Assembly (NCBI GenBank): GCA_011390345.1
Contig: JAABSP010000025.1
Coordinates: 399-64,398 of the forward strand
Origin: Desulfobacteraceae bacterium
GTDB lineage: Bacteria > Desulfobacterota > Desulfobacteria > Desulfobacterales > JAABSP01
DNA: 64,000 nucleotides
Direction: 5' to 3'
A program made the position numbers and the translations under genes. Numbering within the stretch: position 1 is the first letter of the stretch; each line of letters opens with the position of its first letter. Under the pieces are notes generated by a model that saw nothing but the letters and a program-made list of their open reading frames with translations, was not told the DNA's origin and did no database searches. This document shows, one piece after another, positions 18,674 through 28,864 of this stretch.

Positions 18674-21346
18674 TTAAAAGGCTCCGCCCATGGTAAACTC
18701 CCATTTGCCGCTGCTGCTCTCATCCGCTTCGGGATCGAGAATATAGCCGTTTTCGATGCGGATGGGTCCCATGGGAGAGTACCACCGGAATCCGAACCCT
18801 GCGCTCTCCCGCAGGTTCGACAGATCCATGCTATCGTCGTCGTTGTAGACATTGCCGGTGTCGTAGAAGAGAACCCCCACAATGCCGGCCTCCCGGATCA
18901 GGGGGATCAGGTATTCGAGGTTGAACTGGAGGAACTTGTTGCCGCCGATCTTGTCCCCGTTTTCATCATACGCGCTGATGTCCCGCCAGTCAAAGCCGCG
19001 CATGGAATTGATGCCCCCGAGGTAGAAGCGCTCGTAGTCGGGCAGCAGTCCATCTTCGGTGTCTGCCACATACCCGGCCTTGCCGTGGAGAAAGCCGACG
19101 GTTCCCCAGAAAAGAGGGACATACTGCCCCAATTCCCCTAGGTATTTTGTAAACGCGATGTCGCCCCCCAGTCCTGCATATTCGACGCTGATGCTGTGGT
19201 CCGAGCCCTCGGTGGGATTGAAGACCCGGTCTCTGGAGTCATACCGGAGGGTGGTGGCGATGCTGCTGGTGACATTCTCCCCCTCCATCTGCTTCACCAG
19301 GCTCGATGCCTCGTCGTAGTCGATATTGGTAATGTCGCCGATGTCATAGGAGTAGGCCAGATAGATCCGGGTGTAGTCGAAGACCGGATAGCCGAACCGA
19401 ACCCCGCCGCCCTGGCTCTCCTTGTCATAGGTATTGTAGTCCCGCTCCCAGTTGTAGAAGTCGAATCCGGCCGAAAGCGGCATATCAAAGAGCCACGGCT
19501 CGGTGAAACTCAGGGTATAGCGGCTGGTGGTCCCTCCCACCTCGGCCTTGAGCTGCAGAATCTGGCCCCGGCCAAAGAGGTTCCGCTGGCTGATCGCGGC
19601 CATGGCAAAGAGGTTCTCCACACTGGAATAGCCGCCGCCGAAGCTGAAGGTTCCGGTGGGCTTTTCAGTCACATCGATCTTCAAAACCTTCTGATCCCCC
19701 GCGCTGCCCGGAAGGGTATTGACCTGAACATCTTCGAAATAGTCGAGCCGGTAGAGATTGCGGATGCTCCGCTTCAGATCGCCGCCGCGGAATAGATCCT
19801 GCTCCAGCACCTTGAGCTGGCGCCGGATCACCTTGTCCCGGGTCTTTATGTTGCCGGTGATGAGGATCTTTTCAATGTAGACCGGGTCCCCCTTTTCAAT
19901 CGAATAGGTGATATCGACGCTCTGCCCATCTTCGCTCTTCTCCCGCTTAGGAAGGATCTTCGCGTTGGCATACCCTACATTTCCGTAGATATCGGTCAGG
20001 GCCAGCACATCGTTGCGGACTCTCTCCTGGTTGTAATATGCCTCCTCGTCGATGCCGATGATCCTCATCATCTCGGCCTCGGGACGGATCAGCTCGTCCT
20101 CGACGCTTTCGATATCGACCTTTCCCACTTCATACCTAAGCCCCTCCTCCACCTTGATGGTGATAAAGATATCCTCGGCTTTGTATTCGATGATGGGATC
20201 GCTCACCCGGGCATCGATATAGCCGGTGTTGTGGTAGAAGGCCCCGATCTTGCCGATGTCCTGCTCAAGATCCTCCCGGTCCAGATCCCCGGCTGAGGTG
20301 AGCCAGGACCAGAAGCCCCTCTCGGAGGTATTCATCAGCTTTTTGAGCCGCTTGTCGGTATAGGCGTCGTTCCCTTTGAAGGAGATCTCCTCGACCCGCA
20401 CCTTCTCCCCCTCGTCGACGGTGAAGACGAGATCGGCCTGGTTGTTCTCCTGAGACTGAAGATCGTAGGTCACTTCCACATTGTGGTAGTTCTTCTCCTT
20501 ATATAAGGTCTCGATCCGCTGGATGTTGTTCTGGATGGCAAAGACGTTGACAATGGCCCCGGTTGCGATGGAGAGATTTTCCCGGATCTCCTCGTCATCG
20601 AAGACCCGGTTGCCGAGGATGATGATGTTGCGGATGGTCGGCTTCTCCCGAACATGAAAGATGACCGACTTGCCGCCGCGCCGGTCCTCGGCCTCGACCC
20701 GGATGTCGTCGAAGTAGCCCATGTTGTAGATGGCCTTGATGTCGTCCGACAGGGATTTGGGCGTGTAGGTCTCGCCGGGCGCGGTGTCGATGATCCCTCT
20801 GACCGCATCGTCCTCGATCCGATCATTCCCCTCGATCCTGACCTCCACCACCCGCTCCCGCTTGAAGAGACGGAGCGCAAAATCCCGGGTCAGATCCCGG
20901 ACAATGGAAGGCAGATTTTCAATACTGTCTCCCTCCACATAGAAGGTCCGCACCGGTTCTGTGCCGTAGGGGTCGATCATCCGGGCATCAAGGCTGAACT
21001 TCTTCCCCACCCAGGTGAGGCTTCCCAGGATCACATAGTCGGCCCGGTTTTCGATCCCGACCTCCCGGACCCGTTCCGGAGACGGGGTTTTCGCACTTTC
21101 CAGGGATTGTGCGGGTTCAATGATGACCGCGCCCTCTTCCCGGAGATGGTTTTCGATCACCTCCGGAATCCGGGTCTTCAGATATCCGAGATCCCGCTGT
21201 GCAAAGATCTCGAATGGCCAGACCAGCACCCGAACCCGCTCCTGTGCAGCCCCCTCTTTCGGCAGAACTCCGCAGACCAGCAGCACCGCCATCAGGATCA
21301 TCCCTCTCCTAAATGCCCCTGCACTCCACCCTCTCATCCGGATCAC
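18674..21346 (-). CDS. bamA: Outer membrane protein assembly factor BamA with an N-terminal extension
   Basis: POTRA repeats, MRGF (VRGF-like) motif, WYSPMGPIR, C-terminal EFTMGGAF. Confidence 0.96.
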   Translation of the reverse strand: MIRMRGWSAGAFRRGMILMAVLLVCGVLPKEGAAQERVRVLVWPFEIFAQRDLGYLKTRIPEVIENHLREEGAVIIEPAQSLESAKTPSPERVREVGIENRADYVILGSLTWVGKKFSLDARMIDPYGTEPVRTFYVEGDSIENLPSIVRDLTRDFALRLFKRERVVEVRIEGNDRIEDDAVRGIIDTAPGETYTPKSLSDDIKAIYNMGYFDDIRVEAEDRRGGKSVIFHVREKPTIRNIIILGNRVFDDEEIRENLSIATGAIVNVFAIQNNIQRIETLYKEKNYHNVEVTYDLQSQENNQADLVFTVDEGEKVRVEEISFKGNDAYTDKRLKKLMNTSERGFWSWLTSAGDLDREDLEQDIGKIGAFYHNTGYIDARVSDPIIEYKAEDIFITIKVEEGLRYEVGKVDIESVEDELIRPEAEMMRIIGIDEEAYYNQERVRNDVLALTDIYGNVGYANAKILPKREKSEDGQSVDITYSIEKGDPVYIEKILITGNIKTRDKVIRRQLKVLEQDLFRGGDLKRSIRNLYRLDYFEDVQVNTLPGSAGDQKVLKIDVTEKPTGTFSFGGGYSSVENLFAMAAISQRNLFGRGQILQLKAEVGGTTSRYTLSFTEPWLFDMPLSAGFDFYNWERDYNTYDKESQGGGVRFGYPVFDYTRIYLAYSYDIGDITNIDYDEASSLVKQMEGENVTSSIATTLRYDSRDRVFNPTEGSDHSISVEYAGLGGDIAFTKYLGELGQYVPLFWGTVGFLHGKAGYVADTEDGLLPDYERFYLGGINSMRGFDWRDISAYDENGDKIGGNKFLQFNLEYLIPLIREAGIVGVLFYDTGNVYNDDDSMDLSNLRESAGFGFRWYSPMGPIRIENGYILDPEADESSSGKWEFTMGGAF

Positions 21347-22044
21347 CTTTCGGCTTGGGCCGCGTCCCCGTTGACGAGCGTAATGCTCCGGGACATGTAT
21401 GCGGCCAGTTCCATGTTATGGGTCACCACCACCATCGCCATTTCAAATTCCCTGTTCAACTCCTGCAGCAGATCATGGACCTGCCGGCTGTTCTTCCGAT
21501 CCAGGTTCCCGGTCGGCTCGTCCGCCAGCAGCACCCGGGGTTTCAGAACCAGGGCACGGGCCAGAGCCACCCGCTGCTGTTCGCCCCCTGAAAGATCCGT
21601 CACCCTGTGAAAGCACCGGTTCTTCAGCCCCACCCGGTCCAGAAGCGCCTGGGCCCCGGCCTCAACCTCTTTTCGTTCCATCCCCCGGATGAGCCCCGGC
21701 ATCATGGTATTCTCCAGGGCCGTAAACTCCGGCAGCAGATGATGAAATTGAAAGACAAAGCCGATGGTCTTGTTTCGGAAGCGGGCCAGCCCCTCATTGT
21801 CCATCTTGAAGATATCCCGGCCTTCGTAGAGAATCCGGCCCCGATCGGGCCGGTCCAGAGCGCCGAGAATGTGGAGCAGCGTCGATTTTCCGATGCCCGA
21901 GGCCCCCACCACTGCAAGGGTATCCCCCGGCGCAAGCGTCAGATCGAGGCCCGAGAGGATCTCCAGCCGTTCCCCGTCCCGGCCGGGCGCAGGGTAGCCC
22001 TTGTGCAGATCCTCGATCTGAATCAGCGGCGCTCGATCATCCAT
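21343..22044 (-). CDS. lolD: Lipoprotein-releasing ABC transporter ATP-binding protein
   Basis: GASGIGKST, FVFQFHHLLPEFTALEN, LSGGEQQRVA, ADEPTGNLD; start at ATG 22044. Confidence 0.92.
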   Translation of the reverse strand: MDDRAPLIQIEDLHKGYPAPGRDGERLEILSGLDLTLAPGDTLAVVGASGIGKSTLLHILGALDRPDRGRILYEGRDIFKMDNEGLARFRNKTIGFVFQFHHLLPEFTALENTMMPGLIRGMERKEVEAGAQALLDRVGLKNRCFHRVTDLSGGEQQRVALARALVLKPRVLLADEPTGNLDRKNSRQVHDLLQELNREFEMAMVVVTHNMELAAYMSRSITLVNGDAAQAER

Positions 22045-23272
22045 AGCGGAGCGCCTCCACCGGATCGAGCCGGGATGCCTGCCGGGCCGGATAAAGAGTG
22101 GCCACAAAACAGATGAAGAGGGCCGCGGCCGCGATCAGGATCATGTCCCACGGGGCAAGCTGCACCGGAAGCGTCGGGATGTAATAGACATCGGACGGCA
22201 GCTCGATGAACTTGTACCGCTTGAGCAGAAGGCAGATGACCAGCCCCAGAATCTCCCCCAGGGTCGTGCCGATAATACCGATGGTCATCCCCTTGAAGAC
22301 AAAGATCCGCCGAATGCTCTTGTCGGTCGCGCCCATCGCCTTCAGTATCGCGATATCCCGGGTCTTCTCCATCACCATCATGATCAAAGAGCTTGCGATG
22401 TTGAAGGCCGCGACCAGTACGATCAGGGCCAGAATGATGAACATCACCACCTTCTCCAGCTTGAGCGCGGAGAAAAGATTCCGGTTCATCTGCATCCAGT
22501 CCTTGGTCCAGTAGGGAAATCCCAGCTCCGCCTCGATCTTCTCGCCGATCCGGTCCGCGGCGTAGACATCATTCACCCGGATCTCGATGCCCGTGACCGC
22601 ATCATCCATCCGGAGCATCCGCTGCGCGTCTGAAAGATGGATATAGGCAAGAGAGCCGTCATACTCATACATTCCGGACTCAAAAAGCCCCACGATCTCG
22701 AAACGGGTCATGGCCGGCATGTGGCCCACCGGCGAGAGCATCCCTCTCGGAGAGATGATATAGACCGCATCCCCCTTTCTCACGCCAAGATTTGCGGCCA
22801 GCTCCTTGCCGAGAACTATCCCCGCTTTGACTCCCTCAGTCCGATCCTGTCGGGCGCGGCCCGCCAGTGCATCCAGTGCATCCTCCCCAAAGTTGGCGAT
22901 GACCGATCCTGCGCTCTCCGGATCGATCCCCCGCAGCACCCCGCCCGATATCCCTGTGGCGCTCCGCAGCATCACCTGGGAATAGATGAAGGGAGTGGCC
23001 GCCTCCACATCCTCGACCTCCCGCACCCGGTTCAAAATTTTCGGATAGTCGGAGATTCCGCCGCCGTGGTGCAGGAGAATGATGTGGGATTCCACCCCGA
23101 GAATCCGGTTCTTCAGATCCGACTCAAAGCCGGCCATCACCGCGATGACCACGATGAGCGCCATTACCCCCACCGTTACCCCTGCAACGGAAAGAAAGGT
23201 GATCAGGGAGATGAAGCCCTGCTTCCGCTTTGCCCGGAGATAGCGCCGGCTGATGAAGAGTTCAAAGGACAT
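22037..23272 (-). CDS. lolE: Lipoprotein-releasing ABC transporter permease (LolC/E family)
   Basis: MSFELFISRRYLR, VAAFNI, IAILKAMGA, YPARQASRLDPVEALRYG. Confidence 0.92.
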   Translation of the reverse strand: MSFELFISRRYLRAKRKQGFISLITFLSVAGVTVGVMALIVVIAVMAGFESDLKNRILGVESHIILLHHGGGISDYPKILNRVREVEDVEAATPFIYSQVMLRSATGISGGVLRGIDPESAGSVIANFGEDALDALAGRARQDRTEGVKAGIVLGKELAANLGVRKGDAVYIISPRGMLSPVGHMPAMTRFEIVGLFESGMYEYDGSLAYIHLSDAQRMLRMDDAVTGIEIRVNDVYAADRIGEKIEAELGFPYWTKDWMQMNRNLFSALKLEKVVMFIILALIVLVAAFNIASSLIMMVMEKTRDIAILKAMGATDKSIRRIFVFKGMTIGIIGTTLGEILGLVICLLLKRYKFIELPSDVYYIPTLPVQLAPWDMILIAAAALFICFVATLYPARQASRLDPVEALRYG

Positions 23273-23288
23273 GTCCAGAATATTTCGC

Positions 23289-24818
23289 CTATACTGCTTT
23301 CTCTTTTTCGGGATCGGTTTTCATGATCTCGGTCTTTATGTGAAGGCGCATGTGGGGGAAGAGGATCACCTCCCGGATGGAGGCCGCGTCCGTCAGCAGC
23401 ATCACCAGCCGGTCAATGCCGACCCCCTCCCCCGCAGTGGGCGGCATCCCGTACTCCAGGGCCTCGATATAATCCTCATCCATGAGATGGGCCTCCGCAT
23501 CTCCGGCCGCGCGATCCTCCACCTGCTGCTGAAACCGGCCCCGCTGATCCTCGGGATCATTGAGTTCCGAAAAACCGTTCGCGATCTCCCGGCCCCCGAC
23601 AAAAAGCTCGAACCGGTCCGTCAGATCCGGTTCTGCATCGCTTCTCCGGGAGAGGGGGGAGACCTCCACCGGATAGCCGGTGATGAATGTGGGCTGGATC
23701 AGGTGCGGCTCCACCAGCGCGTCAAAGAGCTTGGTGATGATCTTGCCGATCCGGCCCGTCTTGGTGATCTTCACGCCCTTCTCCTCGGCAAAGTTCAAAA
23801 GGCCGTCCCGATCTTGAAGAATATCCGGATCGACACCGCCGATCTGGGTCAGGGACTGGAGCAGGGGCAGCCGGCGCCACTTTCCCCCCAGCTCGATGGT
23901 CTCGCCCCCCCAGGGAACCGCGGTGCTTCCGAGAACCGTCTGTGCGGTATACGCGAACATCTCCTCGGTGAGATCCATGAGATCCTCGTAGGTGGCATAT
24001 GCCTGGTAGAACTCGAGCATGGTGAACTCCGGATTGTGCTGGGTGGAGACCCCTTCGTTTCTGAAGTTTCGGTTGATCTCGAAGACCCGCTCGAATCCTC
24101 CCACCACCAGACGTTTAAGGTAGAGTTCGGGCGCGATCCGAAGAAAAAGATCCATGTCAAGAGCGTTGTGGTGGGTCTTGAAGGGCTCGGCCTCGGCCCC
24201 GCCCGGAATGGCCTGCATCATGGGCGTCTCCACCTCGAGGTAGCCCCGGGTCAGAAGAAAATCCCGAACCGCCTGGATAATCCGGCTCCGTTTGATGAAG
24301 ATCTCCCGGACATCCGGATTCATGATCAGATCGACATACCGCTGCCGGTACCGCTTTTCCGGGTCCTTGAGACCGTGGAACTTCTCCGGCAGGGGGCGGG
24401 TCGATTTGCAGACCAGGGAGAATCTTTTGACAAAGAGGGTCCATTCCCCGGTCTTTGTCCGAAAGAGCCCCCCCTCGAGCCCCACATAATCGCCGATATC
24501 GAGCTGCCGGAACAGGGAATAGGCATCTTCGCCCACCTCATCCTTCCGGATGTACGCCTGCATCTGGCCAGTATAGTCCCGGAACCGAATAAAGGTCGTC
24601 TTCCCGAAGCGGTTCAGCGCAATGATGCGGCCGGCTGCGGCCATCAAAGGCTCCTCCTGGGTCAGCCCATCCGGGTCTTTTTCGATCCTCTCCTGGATCT
24701 GGGCCACCGTATGGGAGACCCGAAAATCATTGGGGAAGGGATTGTGGCCGACCGACCGGAGATCGGCCAGTTTTTCTTTTCGTTTTGTAAGGATATCGCT
24801 TCTCTTTTCCGTGTTCAT
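23289..24818 (-). CDS. lysS: Lysine--tRNA ligase (class II)
   Basis: RYRQRYVDL, LRIAPELYLKRLVVGG, HNPEFTMLEFY, GIDRLVMLL. Confidence 0.98.
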   Translation of the reverse strand: MNTEKRSDILTKRKEKLADLRSVGHNPFPNDFRVSHTVAQIQERIEKDPDGLTQEEPLMAAAGRIIALNRFGKTTFIRFRDYTGQMQAYIRKDEVGEDAYSLFRQLDIGDYVGLEGGLFRTKTGEWTLFVKRFSLVCKSTRPLPEKFHGLKDPEKRYRQRYVDLIMNPDVREIFIKRSRIIQAVRDFLLTRGYLEVETPMMQAIPGGAEAEPFKTHHNALDMDLFLRIAPELYLKRLVVGGFERVFEINRNFRNEGVSTQHNPEFTMLEFYQAYATYEDLMDLTEEMFAYTAQTVLGSTAVPWGGETIELGGKWRRLPLLQSLTQIGGVDPDILQDRDGLLNFAEEKGVKITKTGRIGKIITKLFDALVEPHLIQPTFITGYPVEVSPLSRRSDAEPDLTDRFELFVGGREIANGFSELNDPEDQRGRFQQQVEDRAAGDAEAHLMDEDYIEALEYGMPPTAGEGVGIDRLVMLLTDAASIREVILFPHMRLHIKTEIMKTDPEKEKAV

Positions 24819-24901
24819 TTACCGTCCGCTCTCTCAACCTCAGAAGGGTTCAGACAAATTACAGGATATCTGCCCGAATCGATTATAAATTAAAATTTTA
24901 T

Positions 24902-24930
24902 ATCATAGAGGAATTTCAAAGAGGTGTCAA
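24902..24930 (-). promoter_or_regulatory. sigma70 promoter of the lysS-lol-bam-lpx operon
   Basis: Minus strand TTGACA-N17-TATGAT. Confidence 0.75.
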
Positions 24931-24932
24931 GG

Positions 24933-26231
24933 CTAAGTTGGGGGGGCAGCCCTTTTGAGGTTTAAAATGAATGTTGTCCCCTGATTCACTTCGCTTTTCA
25001 CATTGATCCAGCAGTCGTAGGATTCGATGATCCGATGCACCACCGAAAGCCCCAGCCCCGTGCCCCGTGCCTTGGTGGTGAAAAAAGGATCGAAGATCGA
25101 CTTGAGCACATCCGGAGGAATACCGCAGCCGGTATCGGAGAGCTGAAGCACGGCATGATCGGGCCGTTCCGTAAAGACCTCGATGGTAATGCGCCCATGG
25201 TCCTCGATGGCCTCGGCCGCGTTGAGCAGAAGATTCCAGAGAATCTGGCGTAGATGCGTCGGGTCCATCTCCACCCAGACCTCTGGTGTCAGGTCCGATT
25301 CCATGCGGATGGAATGGAAGCGTCTGTCCCGCTGGAAAAGGGAGATCGTTTCGGCCAGGGCATGGGAGAGATTGAAGACCTCCCGCCGGCCGGCCGGGGG
25401 GCGGGCAAAGAGGAGAAAATCGCTGACAAGGGCGCCGAGCCGGTCCGCCTCCCGGAGGATGATACCCATCAGCTTCTGATCGTCCGGGTCTGCAATGCTC
25501 TCCTCCAGCATCTGGATCGAGCCCCGGAGGGAGGCCAGGGGATTTTTGATCTCATGAGCAAGTCCCGCGGCCATTTCTCCGATTGCAGCCATCTTCTCCA
25601 CCCGGCGCACATGCTCCTCCATCGCCTTCAGTTCCTCTTTGCTCTGCCGGGTCTGCTCCGAGAGAAGGCCGCTCAGGAAGGCGACCCCGAAGCAGGCGGT
25701 CATCATGGCGATGATCTTCAAAAGGATATTGCTGCCGGTGAAATCGGAGAGCGGCACGGTCCATGCCCCTTCCCCAAGGGGGCGGATCAATCCGTAATAC
25801 TCCAGATCGATCAATATACCGTACTGAATGCTGCTCAACGCCGCCATCACCATGCTGCCCCGCCGGTAGAGCAGGATGCTGGCATAGATTATCACCAGCA
25901 GATAGAGAAAAGAGAAGACGCTGGAAAAGCTGCCGGTGAGGAAGATGATAAGGGTTACGGCAAGGGTGTCGATGCCGATCTGGGCATAGGCGAAGAGGAG
26001 CAGACGACGAATCCGGTTGAGCAGCAGGGAATAGGAAAAGGAGAGGAGAAAGATCGCGCCGATGAGCCCGTAGAGGAAGAGCATCGACGCGGAAAGCGGG
26101 GATGCGGTCCTTCCGAGCTGGACAATTGCCGTGGAACCGAGAAGCAGGGTGAAGAAGAGCACCCGGAAGAACATCAGCCATTTCAGCCTCCGATAGAGTT
26201 CGGCCCGAGGTGCTCTTTGAGTTCCATTCAT
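24933..26231 (-). CDS. pilS: PilS-like membrane sensor histidine kinase
   Basis: About 6 TM helices (LKWLMFFRV...), H-box AHEIKNPL, NLLLNA, DTGCGI, FFTTK..GTGLGL; follows pilC. Confidence 0.8.
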   Translation of the reverse strand: MNGTQRAPRAELYRRLKWLMFFRVLFFTLLLGSTAIVQLGRTASPLSASMLFLYGLIGAIFLLSFSYSLLLNRIRRLLLFAYAQIGIDTLAVTLIIFLTGSFSSVFSFLYLLVIIYASILLYRRGSMVMAALSSIQYGILIDLEYYGLIRPLGEGAWTVPLSDFTGSNILLKIIAMMTACFGVAFLSGLLSEQTRQSKEELKAMEEHVRRVEKMAAIGEMAAGLAHEIKNPLASLRGSIQMLEESIADPDDQKLMGIILREADRLGALVSDFLLFARPPAGRREVFNLSHALAETISLFQRDRRFHSIRMESDLTPEVWVEMDPTHLRQILWNLLLNAAEAIEDHGRITIEVFTERPDHAVLQLSDTGCGIPPDVLKSIFDPFFTTKARGTGLGLSVVHRIIESYDCWINVKSEVNQGTTFILNLKRAAPPT

Positions 26232-26243
26232 CGAAAAGCGAAA

Positions 26244-27449
26244 TCAGACCGCGCCGGCCATCGAGAAGATGGGCAGGTACATGGCCACAACTAGTGTACC
26301 GATGACACCTCCGAGAAAGACCATCATCATCGGCTCGATCATCTCCGTGAGGTTATTGACGGCCTCGTCCACCTCGTCGTCATAGAAGTCCGCGATCTTT
26401 CCCAGCATGACATCGAGGGCTCCGGTGGCCTCTCCTACAGCGATCATCTGACAGACCATGGGGGGGAAGACGCCGCTTTCCAGCAGGGGTTCGGCCATGG
26501 TACGGCCTTCGGAGATGTCCGTGCGCACCTCATAGATGGTTCGTTCCACGGTCCTGTTGCCGGCGGTCCGAGCCACGATCTCCAGGGAATCCAAGATGGC
26601 CACACCACTTTGCAGCATGGTTCCCATGGTCCGGGTGAACTTGGCGACCGCGACCTTTCTCAGCAGCATTCCGAAGATCGGAGCCTTGAGCATCAGGTCA
26701 TCGATGATGATCTGCCCCCTGTCTGTTTTGTAGAACTTCCTAAAGGAGACGAAAGCCAGCACCACACCGATGAAGATAAAGATGATATTGCCCTTGATGA
26801 ACCGGCTCATGTTGACCACTATCTGAGTCAGTCCCGGCAGTTGGCCCCCAAGGCCGGAGAACATGTCCTCGAAGACCGGGATGACGAAGACCATGATGAC
26901 CATGACCACCATAACGGCCACAATGACCGTGATGGTCGGATAGACCATCGCACTCTTCACCTTGGCCTTGAGCTTTGCGGCCTTCTCCAGATGCTCCGAG
27001 AGCCGCCGGAGAATGGTGTCGAGGATACCGCCGGCCTCCCCTGCCGCGATCATGTTGACAAAGAGGGTGTCGAACTGATCCGGATACTTTTTCATGGATT
27101 CGGCAAGGGTTTCGCCGCCCTCGACCGATTCCTTGATGTCTTTGATCGCGTTTTTGAAGCGGGGGTTCTCCTGCTGGGAGGAGAGGATCTCCAGACACTG
27201 GATGATCGGAAGCCCCGCATCGATCATGGTGGAGAACTGCCGGCAGAAGACGATGACATCCTTCTGAGTGATCTTGGGCTGCATAAAGGAGATGTTTGCA
27301 AAAAGATCCTTGGGCTTCTCCTTGATCTTTATATCGCTGATGCCCCTCTTTTTGAGATTCGCCTCGGCCGCCTTTATATCTGTGGCTTCTACTTCTCCCT
27401 TCTGGGATCGTTTCCGCCTGTTGACACCTTTCCATTGGTAAATCGGCAT
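26244..27449 (-). CDS. pilC: Type IV pilus assembly platform protein (T2SS F family)
   Basis: FCRQFSTMIDAGLP, AGEAGGILD, AMVYP, AMYLPIF. Confidence 0.93.
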   Translation of the reverse strand: MPIYQWKGVNRRKRSQKGEVEATDIKAAEANLKKRGISDIKIKEKPKDLFANISFMQPKITQKDVIVFCRQFSTMIDAGLPIIQCLEILSSQQENPRFKNAIKDIKESVEGGETLAESMKKYPDQFDTLFVNMIAAGEAGGILDTILRRLSEHLEKAAKLKAKVKSAMVYPTITVIVAVMVVMVIMVFVIPVFEDMFSGLGGQLPGLTQIVVNMSRFIKGNIIFIFIGVVLAFVSFRKFYKTDRGQIIIDDLMLKAPIFGMLLRKVAVAKFTRTMGTMLQSGVAILDSLEIVARTAGNRTVERTIYEVRTDISEGRTMAEPLLESGVFPPMVCQMIAVGEATGALDVMLGKIADFYDDEVDEAVNNLTEMIEPMMMVFLGGVIGTLVVAMYLPIFSMAGAV

Positions 27450-27664
27450 AATCCCTCCTTGAATCGGATAGATGAAGGTTCGATTCGGACCCGTTGGTTC
27501 ACTTTACGCTGATCTGAAATCCTAATAGCATATTCGAATAAATGCAACAACAGGATAAGCATCTTATTCCCAATGTTTTTTTCTTGACATCCGGCGCGGG
27601 AATTGGTCCATCCTTATGGATGAGGAAGATCGATGAATCAACCCCAAAAAACGGAGGTGAAGAG

Positions 27665-28828
27665 ATGGAACTGAAGCAGAAAGGACAGAAGGCCGATATC
27701 GGGGCATTCAAACAGTTGAAGGTCTCGCTGGTTTGGACTTCGGCCGTTGATCTGGATCTGATGGCCTTCTACAGGACCAAAGATGGGCGGACCGGCGGGA
27801 TCTATTCGGACAACTATGCCGGGGGGACTCTGGGAGATCTCAATGCTTTTCCATTTATCGAATTGTCCGGTGACGAGGGTGTCGGGGCCGGCGGCGGTGC
27901 AAAACGGGAGGAGATGCGGGTGGCAAAGCTGGATGATTTTGCCGAACTCTATATCTGTGCGCTCAATTTTACCGATGCCTCCTCGGGTCAGAACCGGACA
28001 TTTGCCGACTACGACGCGCGGGTGGAGGTGATCACCGATAAAGGGGAGTCGCACACGGTTGCACTGGACACCCCGGACCCGGGTGCGGTCGCAATGATCG
28101 GCAAATTCGAGGCCGGTTTTATTTCGACATCCCTGATCAATGAGAGCGAGGTGATGGGATTGGAGGACTTTCGGGCAAAGATTCCCGGTGCATCGGAATT
28201 GAAGATCGCATCCAAAGTCACCCTCAAGAGCAAAGGGGACAGCTTCGACATCAAGCCGAAGGTGACGACCGGTGAACTCCTCATCAACCTCAACTGGAAC
28301 CAGAACCCGGACGGCAAATCCTCCGGGGGTCTCTTTTCAAAGCTGCTGGGCGGGGGCGGCGGGGGGGGGATCGATCTGGATCTGGGCTGTCTCTTCGAGA
28401 TTGAAAATGGTCTGAAGGGGGCCATCCAGCCCCTGGGGAACTCCTTTGGTGCGTTCGACACGCCGCCCTATATCCTGCACATGGGCGACGACCGAACCGG
28501 CTCATGGTCCCAGGGGGAGAACATGAAGATCAATTTAGCCCGGATCGGAGAGATTCGCCGGGTGCTCTTCTACACCTATATCTATGAGGGAGTCCCCAAC
28601 TGGGGCGCAACCGACGGCATCGTGACGGTAAAAGTTCCGGGGCAGCCGGTAATTGAAGTGCCCATGGGCGCGCAGAGCGACACCCGGCCCTTCTGCGCGA
28701 TCGCACTGCTGGACTTTTCGGGAAACCAGATCAAGGTGACAAAGGAGGTGACCTTCCACAACGGCCATCCCGAGTGCGATCAGATGTACGGATGGGGGCT
28801 GCGGTGGGTGGCCGGCTCCAAAGACTGA
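27665..28828 (+). CDS. TerA-like protein: N-terminal TerD-like domain + C-terminal TerA-type domain
   Basis: WTSAVDLDL...PFIELSGDEGVG; DLDLGCLFE...GDDRTG...GEN...YEGVPNW...YGWGLRWVAGSKD. Start placed at ATG 27665 after GGAGGTGA. Confidence 0.85.
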   Translation: MELKQKGQKADIGAFKQLKVSLVWTSAVDLDLMAFYRTKDGRTGGIYSDNYAGGTLGDLNAFPFIELSGDEGVGAGGGAKREEMRVAKLDDFAELYICALNFTDASSGQNRTFADYDARVEVITDKGESHTVALDTPDPGAVAMIGKFEAGFISTSLINESEVMGLEDFRAKIPGASELKIASKVTLKSKGDSFDIKPKVTTGELLINLNWNQNPDGKSSGGLFSKLLGGGGGGGIDLDLGCLFEIENGLKGAIQPLGNSFGAFDTPPYILHMGDDRTGSWSQGENMKINLARIGEIRRVLFYTYIYEGVPNWGATDGIVTVKVPGQPVIEVPMGAQSDTRPFCAIALLDFSGNQIKVTKEVTFHNGHPECDQMYGWGLRWVAGSKD

Positions 28829-28864
28829 TGGGGGAATCGATAGAGGAGATATTCACCGAAACCG

